Below, piece by piece: positions 24,956-32,000 of a stretch of DNA of 32,000 nt. The notes under the pieces are model-generated. The model had not been told where the DNA came from, ran no database searches, and saw only the letters and a program-made list of their open reading frames with translations. A program made the translations under genes and the position numbers. How positions within the stretch are numbered: the first letter of the stretch is position 1; the number at the start of each line of letters is the position of its first letter. Source of the DNA: Microcystis aeruginosa NIES-2549 (lineage in GTDB: Bacteria > Cyanobacteriota > Cyanobacteriia > Cyanobacteriales > Microcystaceae); the NCBI RefSeq assembly GCF_000981785.2, contig NZ_CP011304.1, forward strand, positions 150,001-182,000, in the 5' to 3' direction.

Positions 24956-26431
24956 TTACAAATGAGCAAAAATAGGGTTAAGATTTAAATGTTCTTCCAA
25001 TAAATTAGCCATATTATCTAGGGTTATTTCTCTTTGTTCACTATAGTTAGCAATTCCCGTAGGCAAAGACAATAAACCGCGACGCTGACGTAGATGATTT
25101 AACCAAGTTCTTCGCCAAGAACCATTATCAAAGATACCATGTAAATAACAGCCCCAAATTGACAGAGAATCATTGACAATTCCTAGACTAGCATCTTCCT
25201 CGAACATTTTTTGATAACCTGATTCACTTTCCCATTGGCTTATTCCCTGGTGAATTTCGTATCCCATTACTGGTAAACCTGCTTGGGGATAATTAGATAA
25301 AACTTGTCGTTGACGGGTAATTTTTTCGGCAGTAATTACCGTTTTTAACGGCAGTAAATTTAAGCCAGCTGCCTCACTGTCGGAACCTTCTCGATGATCA
25401 GGATCCAGGATTAATCGCCCTAACATTTGCAAACCACCACAGATGCCAAAGATAATACCTCCCCTTTGGTGATAGGCTTGTAATTGATTAGCCATACCAC
25501 TTTGATTAAGAGCAATTAAATCAGCAACAGTGGTTTTAGAGCCGGGGATAATTACCCCATCGGGATCACCTAAAGATTCCTGTAATTCTAGATAACGGAC
25601 ATTAACCGTTGCTTCGCCACAGAGAGGGTCAAAATCAGTAAAATTAGCGATATGAGGCAGACGAATGACACTGATATTTAGTTCAGCTTTGGGTTTTTGG
25701 GCGGGTCGATCGAGTAAACTAAGAGAATCCTCGGCACTTAAAAAGATATCACTATAGGGAAGAACTCCTAAGACGGGAATTTTTGTATAATCTTCTAGCC
25801 AAGTAATCCCCGAATCTAAGAGGGATTTTTGTCCGCGAAATTTATTGATCACAATACCTTTAATTAAAGCTCTTTCCTCCGGTTCTAATAATTCTAACGT
25901 ACCGACGACGTGAGCAAAAGCCCCCCCGCGATCAATATCCACCACTAAAATAGTAGCGGCATCGAGATATTTAGCCACCCGCATATTAGTTAAATCGCGA
26001 TGTTTGAGATTTATTTCCGCCGGACTTCCCGCACCTTCACAGACAACTAGATCAAATTCTGTTGATAATTTAGCTAAAGATTCTTTAATTGCTTGCCAAC
26101 CTTGCTCAAAATAATTCTGATAATAATCCACTGCCGTGGTGACACCCACAGCCTTGCCTTTAATAATCACCTGAGAGGTCATATTTCCCTGGGGTTTTAA
26201 TAAAATTGGGTTCATTTCTACCCGGGGAATTGTCCCCGCGGCCCATGCTTGCACCGCCTGAGCGTGACCCATTTCTCCCCCTCCGGCGGTAACATAGGCA
26301 TTAAGGGCCATATTCTGACCTTTAAAGGGTGTTACCTGCCAACCTTTCCGGTTGAATAAACGACATAAAGCCGCAGTTAAAAAAGATTTACCCGCGTGGG
26401 AGGTTGTCCCCACTACCATAATTGCTTTCAT
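24956..26431 (-). CDS. cobQ: Cobyric acid synthase
   Basis: N-terminal GTTSHAGKS P-loop and a C-terminal glutamine amidotransferase domain (GICGGLQMLG, ...YEIH.G). Confidence 0.9.
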   Translation of the reverse strand: MKAIMVVGTTSHAGKSFLTAALCRLFNRKGWQVTPFKGQNMALNAYVTAGGGEMGHAQAVQAWAAGTIPRVEMNPILLKPQGNMTSQVIIKGKAVGVTTAVDYYQNYFEQGWQAIKESLAKLSTEFDLVVCEGAGSPAEINLKHRDLTNMRVAKYLDAATILVVDIDRGGAFAHVVGTLELLEPEERALIKGIVINKFRGQKSLLDSGITWLEDYTKIPVLGVLPYSDIFLSAEDSLSLLDRPAQKPKAELNISVIRLPHIANFTDFDPLCGEATVNVRYLELQESLGDPDGVIIPGSKTTVADLIALNQSGMANQLQAYHQRGGIIFGICGGLQMLGRLILDPDHREGSDSEAAGLNLLPLKTVITAEKITRQRQVLSNYPQAGLPVMGYEIHQGISQWESESGYQKMFEEDASLGIVNDSLSIWGCYLHGIFDNGSWRRTWLNHLRQRRGLLSLPTGIANYSEQREITLDNMANLLEEHLNLNPIFAHL

Positions 26432-26439
26432 CTAGTTTT

Positions 26440-26606
26440 TTTATTGAGTATTTTCAGTGAACAGTAATCGGTAAACAGTAATCAGTTGATACTAAATCCG
26501 TTGAGTATATGCTACTTATAAGGACAGGCACTCATGCAAGAGGCTAATAACTGAAAACTCACATCTGATAACTGATAACTGATAACTGACTCCCGACTCC
26601 TGACAC
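26440..26606. repeat. Mosaic repeat: heptamer arrays flanking an inverted family B module
   Basis: 26460-26487 (gaacagt aatcggt aaacagt aatcagt). 26489-26545 is the reverse complement of 596-660. 26565-26604 holds ctgataa x3 followed by ctgactc-like units. The whole block mirrors 2020-2226. Confidence 0.8.
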
Positions 26607-26608
26607 CA

Positions 26609-27043
26609 TTAAAAAGAAAACCAACGTTGCAGAGCATTTAAAAATCTTTGCCAGAAAGTGGGTTGAGGGAAAAGGTCCCCTTGGGGTTGCCATTTTTCTA
26701 TTAATTTCCTCCCCAAAGGAGTGAGACGAAAACTATCGGTTATCCCCTGTCCATCTACTTCTCGCCGCAAAATTCCCACTTTAATCAACCAGAGAAGATA
26801 GCTTTCCGCTGCTGCTTCCGTCAGCAGTCTGGAAGTATAACCTTTTTCTAAACCTCCAGCACCCGGAATGCTTAAAAGTGATACACTTCGCTCCAGCATA
26901 GCCGCAAATAAGGTGACACGGAAAGGAGAACAACAGAGGGCGCGTTGGGCCCTAGTGATGGTAGCATCAGGATAATTGATGGCGGTAACGGTGGGAGTCG
27001 ATAGGCTCATAGATTCCAGTCGTTTAGCTATTGATAAACTCAT
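26609..27043 (-). CDS. Hypothetical protein (conserved-looking, possibly a winged-helix-like C-terminal half)
   Basis: 144-aa ORF with ordinary coding composition. No family motif I can name with confidence. Confidence 0.5.
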   Translation of the reverse strand: MSLSIAKRLESMSLSTPTVTAINYPDATITRAQRALCCSPFRVTLFAAMLERSVSLLSIPGAGGLEKGYTSRLLTEAAAESYLLWLIKVGILRREVDGQGITDSFRLTPLGRKLIEKWQPQGDLFPQPTFWQRFLNALQRWFSF

Positions 27044-27125
27044 TGTTACATTAATTCTGTCTCAACCCCTGTCAACCCCAATCATCGATAGAATAGGGAT
27101 GAAGTGTTAAGTAGCTTGAGTGTTT

Positions 27126-27428
27126 ATGCAGTCTCCCGAACCGTTCGATACTAAATATACCCCAGAGGAAGTGGAAGTGGAAATCGAAACCGACGATTTT
27201 TCCCCCGTTGATACCCCGGTTAGTTTCGCTGCCACCCTCGAAAAAGTGAAAACTTGGTACGGCAGCCTGTCCACACCGGCACAGGTAGTCGTAGCAGTGG
27301 CGGGGGTTTTTGTGGCTCTTTCGATTTTAACGGCGATTTTACGGCTAGTTAGCGCAGTTTTAAGCGCTTTAATCCTCGCTGCTATCGTTTATCTCATCTA
27401 TCGTTACATCCTCAAACCGAAAGTTTAG
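27126..27428 (+). CDS. Small membrane protein with an acidic N-terminus and one or two C-terminal TM helices
   Basis: ORF with the hydrophobic stretch VVVAVAGVFVALSILTAILRLVSAVLSALILAAIVYLIY. Either the ATG at 27126 or the GTG at 27120 could be the start. Confidence 0.5.
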   Translation: MQSPEPFDTKYTPEEVEVEIETDDFSPVDTPVSFAATLEKVKTWYGSLSTPAQVVVAVAGVFVALSILTAILRLVSAVLSALILAAIVYLIYRYILKPKV

Positions 27429-27483
27429 TCGGCTATGCACATTTTCTGTTCAATGTCAAGAGTTTAATTGATAAAAAAAATTT

Positions 27484-27939
27484 ATGGAAGAAGCGGACAC
27501 CAGAGATATCTTAGGGGAAAATGTGGCTAAGTTGGGATTGGCCCAGATTCAGCGTCATCTATTTCTCTGCTGCGATCAGACTAAGCCAAAATGCTGTGAC
27601 AAGCAAGAAGGGTTAGAAGTGTGGGATTATTTAAAGAAGCGGTTAAGTGAATTACAACTCGATCGCCCTAGCGCCGACCGTCCGGGTTGTGTTTTTCGCA
27701 CTAAAGCCAACTGTTTGCGGGTTTGTAGCCAGGGACCGATTTTATTAGTGTACCCGGAAGGGGTCTGGTATGGAAGGGTAAACAAGGAAGCGATCGAAAG
27801 AATTATCCAAGAACACCTAATCGGTAATCAAATCGTCACCGAATATGCCTTCCTTCGCCACGATTTACCGGCAATTTCTCTGAACTGTCCAGAAGAAGAA
27901 CCCGAAACAATAGAGGAAAACAGCGTTAAAACTAACTGA
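27484..27939 (+). CDS. Thioredoxin-like [2Fe-2S] ferredoxin domain protein
   Basis: HLFLCCDQTKPKCC ... CLRVCSQGPILLVYPEGVWYG pattern. Confidence 0.78.
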   Translation: MEEADTRDILGENVAKLGLAQIQRHLFLCCDQTKPKCCDKQEGLEVWDYLKKRLSELQLDRPSADRPGCVFRTKANCLRVCSQGPILLVYPEGVWYGRVNKEAIERIIQEHLIGNQIVTEYAFLRHDLPAISLNCPEEEPETIEENSVKTN

Positions 27940-28037
27940 AACACAATTAACTACACATATCTAACTACCTGTTGCCTCTTGCCTATCGATCCTTTGTCCG
28001 TCTCCATTCCCCCAACCCTGCAGCGTGGAAAATAGCG

Positions 28038-28718
28038 ATGAAAGAGATCAACAAAGACAACAAACAACTTTTACTCATCGACGATGACCCAAATTTAATA
28101 CTTTTGGTGAAGGATTATCTAGAGTTTCGTGGTTATAGGGTGACAACCGCAGAAAACGGTCCCGAGGCCCTAGAAATCCTCGAACGCGGGGCAAATACTG
28201 CCAAAGCAAGGGAAATCCCCGATATGATTATCTGTGATCTGATCATGCCGGAAATGGACGGTTATGCCTTCCTCGAAAAAATTCGTCAGGACAGTCGTTT
28301 TAGTGGCATTCCCGTGATCTTTCTCTCCCCTGAGGGGGACAGTCAGGACAAGGTAACAGGTGTAACCGCCGAGGCCGATTTTTATATGGTCAACCCCTTT
28401 GAACCAGAAGAATTAGTGGCCCGGGTGGAGTCTTTCCTCAAACAAGCAGGCCGGTTGCCGAAACGCACCTCCCGCCACCATTCCTCGGATGTCACCCCTG
28501 TTCAAGTCCAGGGTAATGTGGAATTAACCCCAACGGAGTTAAAAGTAGTACAATTGGTCGCCCAGGGCCTGGCTAATCGGGAAATCGCCGCAAAATTCAA
28601 TGTTAGTCAACGGACAATCGAAAGTCATGTGTCGAATATGCTTCATAAAACCGGTCTTCATAATCGCACGGAATTGACCCAATGGGCGATCGAAAGTAAT
28701 AAGCTGTTCACTATCTAG
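28038..28718 (+). CDS. Response regulator, receiver plus LuxR/NarL-type HTH
   Basis: LLLIDDDP, CDLIMPEMDG and FLS receiver motifs. C-terminal LTPTELKVVQLVAQGLANREIAAKFNVSQRTIESHVSNMLHKTG. The ATG at 28038 is preferred because the upstream TTG lies inside a repeat fragment. Confidence 0.85.
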   Translation: MKEINKDNKQLLLIDDDPNLILLVKDYLEFRGYRVTTAENGPEALEILERGANTAKAREIPDMIICDLIMPEMDGYAFLEKIRQDSRFSGIPVIFLSPEGDSQDKVTGVTAEADFYMVNPFEPEELVARVESFLKQAGRLPKRTSRHHSSDVTPVQVQGNVELTPTELKVVQLVAQGLANREIAAKFNVSQRTIESHVSNMLHKTGLHNRTELTQWAIESNKLFTI

Positions 28719-28780
28719 AGCTTGCTGAAAAACTTTTTTAGCATACCCTCAATAGTCAACAGCTTATCAGGGGTTAGGTC

Positions 28781-28807
28781 AGGTGATTGTCAACTCACCT
28801 TTTTTTG
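28781..28807 (+). terminator. Rho-independent terminator after the response regulator gene
   Basis: Stem aggtga (28781-28786) pairs with tcacct (28795-28800), followed by T7 (28801-28807). Confidence 0.6.
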
Positions 28808-28810
28808 GCA

Positions 28811-29221
28811 TTAAAAATCCCTGAGATTGTCCTGGGCTGCTAGTTGCGATCGCTCTTTTTCCATGGACAATTCCGTTTCCAATTCTTTGCTGAGGAAATA
28901 GTTGAGGAAAGTTCGGATAATAGCGATGAGGGCGAGTTGTGCCAAGGCTTCTATAGTAGGTGTGACGGTGGTAGCCACGATGTCTCCACCTAACTGAAAC
29001 TCTAGGGCTAAAGATAGCCAAGTACCGAAACGAATGCGAATTTGATTGAAGGAAAAAGGGGGAAGACTGCGACGGTGACGATGAGACTGCCAAGCTAATT
29101 GTAGGGTTTTAATTAATCCGATCACCACACAAGCGATCGAAATACTTTCTAGGCAAAACTTGATGATTGCCACCGCAGAGATCAAGCCTGTTTCTAACGT
29201 TGCTAAAAATTCCATACCCAA
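28811..29221 (-). CDS. DUF1622 family membrane protein
   Basis: ALEFQLGGDIVATTV.PT...L..LALIAIIRTFLNYFL matches my recollection of the DUF1622 core. Confidence 0.65.
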   Translation of the reverse strand: MGMEFLATLETGLISAVAIIKFCLESISIACVVIGLIKTLQLAWQSHRHRRSLPPFSFNQIRIRFGTWLSLALEFQLGGDIVATTVTPTIEALAQLALIAIIRTFLNYFLSKELETELSMEKERSQLAAQDNLRDF

Positions 29222-29288
29222 CAGATATCCTCTTATGGGATTATCCGATAAACCGACCTACCATCTAAGGAAGTTTCTCCAATGGCAG

Positions 29289-29317
29289 TTAGAACAGGTT
29301 TCTCGCCTGTTCTAACC
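29289..29317 (-). terminator. 11-bp perfect hairpin 11 nt downstream of clpP, with no U-tract
   Basis: gttagaacagg (29289-29299) pairs with cctgttctaac (29307-29317). Confidence 0.35.
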
Positions 29318-29327
29318 TCTGACTGAC

Positions 29328-29939
29328 TTAAGCCGGTCTTCCCTCCACCACCTTATCGATTAAACCGTAGGCGACAGCTTCCTCGGCGGAGAGGAAATAA
29401 TCGCGGTCCGTGTCTTTTTCGATGCGTTCGATGGTTTGTCCGGTGCGATTAGCCATAATTTCGTTTAATTGCTGGCGAATACGCAGGATTTCCTTAGCTT
29501 CAATGTCGATATCCGTCGCTTGCCGGCGCCCAGTTCCGCCCATGGGTTGGTGAATCATAATCCGCGCATGGGGAAGGGCGAGACGCTTACCCGGACTACC
29601 GGAAGCCAGTAAAAATGCCCCCATGGAGGCCGCTAATCCCACACAGATAGTCACCACTTCCGCTTTGATGTACTGCATGGTGTCGTAGATGGCCATACCG
29701 GCGGTAACGGAACCCCCCGGCGAGTTGATATAGAGATAGATGGGTTTAGTGGGATCTTCCGAGTCGAGATAAAGCATTTGGGCCACAAGGGCATTGGCTA
29801 ACCCGTCGGTGACTTCTTGCCCCAGAAAAAGAATGCGTTCCACCGAAAGACGGCTGTAAATGCTAATCCACTGTTCGTATTGGCTACCCGGCAGACGGTA
29901 GGGAACTTTTGGCACACCGATAGGCATAATTGGTAACAA
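29328..29939 (-). CDS. clpP: ATP-dependent Clp protease proteolytic subunit (ClpP3-type, paired with ClpR)
   Basis: Catalytic Ser in [11 protein letters not shown], His in IMIHQP, and Asp present. Confidence 0.9.
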   Translation of the reverse strand: MLPIMPIGVPKVPYRLPGSQYEQWISIYSRLSVERILFLGQEVTDGLANALVAQMLYLDSEDPTKPIYLYINSPGGSVTAGMAIYDTMQYIKAEVVTICVGLAASMGAFLLASGSPGKRLALPHARIMIHQPMGGTGRRQATDIDIEAKEILRIRQQLNEIMANRTGQTIERIEKDTDRDYFLSAEEAVAYGLIDKVVEGRPA

Positions 29940-29962
29940 CTCCTGCTAATTTGTAATAAATC

Positions 29963-30649
29963 TTAACTAACTTGGGCGAGGGGTTTTGGTAGTTCCTTGC
30001 GACTTTCGAGAACGCGATCGATTAATCCGTAGTCTTTCGCCTGTTGTGGGGTGAGATAGAAGGTGCGATCCATATCTTTCGCCAGTTTTTCGGTGGTTTG
30101 ACCCGTATTTTTCGAGAAAATTTCCAACATCGTCTGTTTGTTGGCGATTACCTCCTTGGCACGAATCTGGATATCGGTGGCTTGTCCCTGGGCCCCGGTG
30201 CGATTTTGGTTGAGAACAATGGTAGCGTGGGGTAAGGAGGCGCGAAAACCCTTGGTTCCTGCGGAAAGAATCATCGCGGCAGTTCCCATGGCCTGTCCGA
30301 TACAGATAGTATGAACGGGAGGTTTAATGTAGTTGAGGGTGTCACAGATGGCGAAAGCTTCGGTTTCGTAGCCGATCGCGTCGCCAGTGTACCAGGATGT
30401 GCCGGTAGAGTTGATATAGAAGAAAATCGGTTTTTCGGGATCGTCAAATTGCAGGTAGAGCAGTTGGGCGATAATTAATTCCGTCACGTCCACCCCGACA
30501 TTGCGCTTGACATCATCGGAGGAAAATAAAGGCAACCCCAGATAGACAATTCTCTCTTTGAGCAGGAGAGATTCTAAGTCTGGTGGTGGTGTCCGATAGG
30601 CTGCATCCCCATAATAGGCAGTTTGTACCGCTTTAATCACTGAGTTCAT
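29963..30649 (-). CDS. clpR: ClpR, the catalytically inactive ClpP paralog
   Basis: ClpP fold, but the Ser motif reads GQAMGTAAMIL and the His motif reads IVLNQN, so the triad is lost. It lies 23 bp upstream of clpP. Confidence 0.85.
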   Translation of the reverse strand: MNSVIKAVQTAYYGDAAYRTPPPDLESLLLKERIVYLGLPLFSSDDVKRNVGVDVTELIIAQLLYLQFDDPEKPIFFYINSTGTSWYTGDAIGYETEAFAICDTLNYIKPPVHTICIGQAMGTAAMILSAGTKGFRASLPHATIVLNQNRTGAQGQATDIQIRAKEVIANKQTMLEIFSKNTGQTTEKLAKDMDRTFYLTPQQAKDYGLIDRVLESRKELPKPLAQVS

Positions 30650-30788
30650 CGAGTTTTTCCGTCATACACAGTATCCTGCTTTTGATTTTAACGTAATCAG
30701 GTTGACCGATCGGCAAAAGTGTAGCGGTGGTTTGCCTTCTCCCTGCTTTAACAACTTCTGCTGTTCACCAGTAGTAACAAGCAGATTT

Positions 30789-31775
30789 CTAGTCGATAAT
30801 TAGGGCAATTTTCCCCGTCACCGAACCAGTTTCTAGCAATTGATGGGCGCTGATAGCTGCCGCTAAAGGGAAGGTTTGGGAGAGATGAATGGTTAACTTT
30901 TTCTCGTCAATTAAACGCGCCCCTTGTCTGAGAATTTCTGTTTGATATTTTTGCGCTTCTGGCAGTCCCATCAAAGCCGGGGTTAACATTAATTCTAAAC
31001 TAATCCGCAAATTGCGATCGCGGGCTTCCTTCCAGCTGCCCGTAGGTTCCAAAATCGTCACCATATCGCCGTACACTCGCACCGCTCGGCAAGTTTGCCT
31101 AAAAGTTTCCCCTCCCACCGTATCAAAAGCGATATCTACTCCTTTCCCTGCGGTTTCTTGAAGTATCGCCGCGACAAAATCGGTTTGTTTGTATAAAATC
31201 GGGTAATCTGCCCCTAATTGCCGCACTAAACGCTCTTTATCGCTATTTCCCACCGTTGTATAAACTTTAGCCCCTTTCAGTTTCGCCAATTGAATCGCAA
31301 CATGACCAACACCCCCGGCCCCGCCATGGATAAGTACGCTTTGTCCCGACTGAAGACGGGCGCGATCGTAGAGTGCTTCCCAAGCGGTGATTAAAACCAA
31401 AGGTACAGCGGCCGCCTCAGCAAAAGAAAGAGATTTCGGCTTGTGAGCCAGATAATCCGCCTCGATTAGGGCATATTCAGCATAATTTCCCGTGCCAGCC
31501 CTGCCCAGTCCGCCGCTACAAAAGTACACTTCATCCCCGGGGCGAAAATCCTGCACCGCCGACCCAACGGCCTCGACAATTCCCGCCCCGTCACAGCCCA
31601 AAATGGCTGGCATTTGCTCGGGGTAAAAAGTGCCGCGTTTACGAATTTTTGTATCAATAGGGTTGACACCAGCCGCTTTTAATGCTACTAAAACCTGATG
31701 CGGTTGACTAATTTTCGGGGTGGGGACTTGCTGAAGTTGCAGCACATCCACGGCGGTCATGAGGATAGCTTTCAT
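30789..31775 (-). CDS. Zinc-type alcohol dehydrogenase-like / NADPH:quinone oxidoreductase (MDR superfamily)
   Basis: GVNPID, GHDGAG-like CDGAGIV and GGAGGVGHVAIQLAK Rossmann motifs. Confidence 0.85.
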   Translation of the reverse strand: MKAILMTAVDVLQLQQVPTPKISQPHQVLVALKAAGVNPIDTKIRKRGTFYPEQMPAILGCDGAGIVEAVGSAVQDFRPGDEVYFCSGGLGRAGTGNYAEYALIEADYLAHKPKSLSFAEAAAVPLVLITAWEALYDRARLQSGQSVLIHGGAGGVGHVAIQLAKLKGAKVYTTVGNSDKERLVRQLGADYPILYKQTDFVAAILQETAGKGVDIAFDTVGGETFRQTCRAVRVYGDMVTILEPTGSWKEARDRNLRISLELMLTPALMGLPEAQKYQTEILRQGARLIDEKKLTIHLSQTFPLAAAISAHQLLETGSVTGKIALIID

Positions 31776-31780
31776 TCTAT

Positions 31781-32000
31781 CTATTCGGGATTAACCCACA
31801 TTAACGTCTGGCCAAATTCTACCGGTTCACCGTTAGCGACGGCGATTTCGACGATTTGCCCGGCCACTTCCGCTTCGATTTCGTTCATCAACTTCATCGC
31901 TTCGATGATACAGACCGTTTGTCCGACCCGGACTCGATCGTTTTTTTCCACGAAAGAGGGTTCATCGGGAGCGGGAGCGCGATAAAAAGTGCCGACCATG
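31781..32000 (-). CDS. accB: Acetyl-CoA carboxylase biotin carboxyl carrier protein, C-terminal part (the gene continues beyond the window)
   Basis: Biotinyl domain with the EAMKLMNEIE motif. The ORF is open at the window edge. Confidence 0.88.
   Translation of the reverse strand, partial: MVGTFYRAPAPDEPSFVEKNDRVRVGQTVCIIEAMKLMNEIEAEVAGQIVEIAVANGEPVEFGQTLMWVNPE

Noticed and set aside
29963-30649. ClpR triad loss as a novel inactivation
   Set aside because: Catalytically inactive ClpR paired with ClpP3 is established cyanobacterial biology. I report it as a feature, not as a novelty.

Overview
This window looks like a cyanobacterial chromosome segment. The evidence is many HIP1 palindromes (GCGATCGC, e.g. 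4380-4387, 5357-5364, 5866-5873, 9720-9727, 10425-10432), an NdhF3/F4-type NDH-1 subunit, a clpR-clpP pair, PEP-CTERM proteins and Uma2 and DUF29 genes. The repeat-packed intergenic regions resemble Microcystis-like genomes, but that is recollection and I cannot verify it here. Most of the window is housekeeping: pgl, tpiA, rpsF, queD, cobQ, clpP/clpR, accB (partial), tRNA-Thr, ndhF, an amino-acid ABC binding protein and a lipid kinase. The unusual part is about 9.4-15.9 kb. It holds a ~1 kb segmental duplication (rpsF 3' end plus a Uma2 endonuclease gene) with a 21-bp in-frame VNTR at 5 versus 2 copies. The two duplicate copies bracket a PEP-CTERM gene and small TIR elements. Next comes a GC-rich, hairpin-dense, non-coding-looking element ending at a bidirectional terminator. 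After that are a second PEP-CTERM gene, a decayed IS30-family element carrying a nested MITE, and a 5'-truncated DUF29 gene. Several MITE-like families and heptamer tandem arrays fill the intergenic spaces across the whole window. I see no CRISPR array, no recognisable defence operon and no clearly novel multi-gene system. The best candidates for follow-up are the structured element at ~12.9-13.2 kb and the MITE-associated duplication and VNTR.
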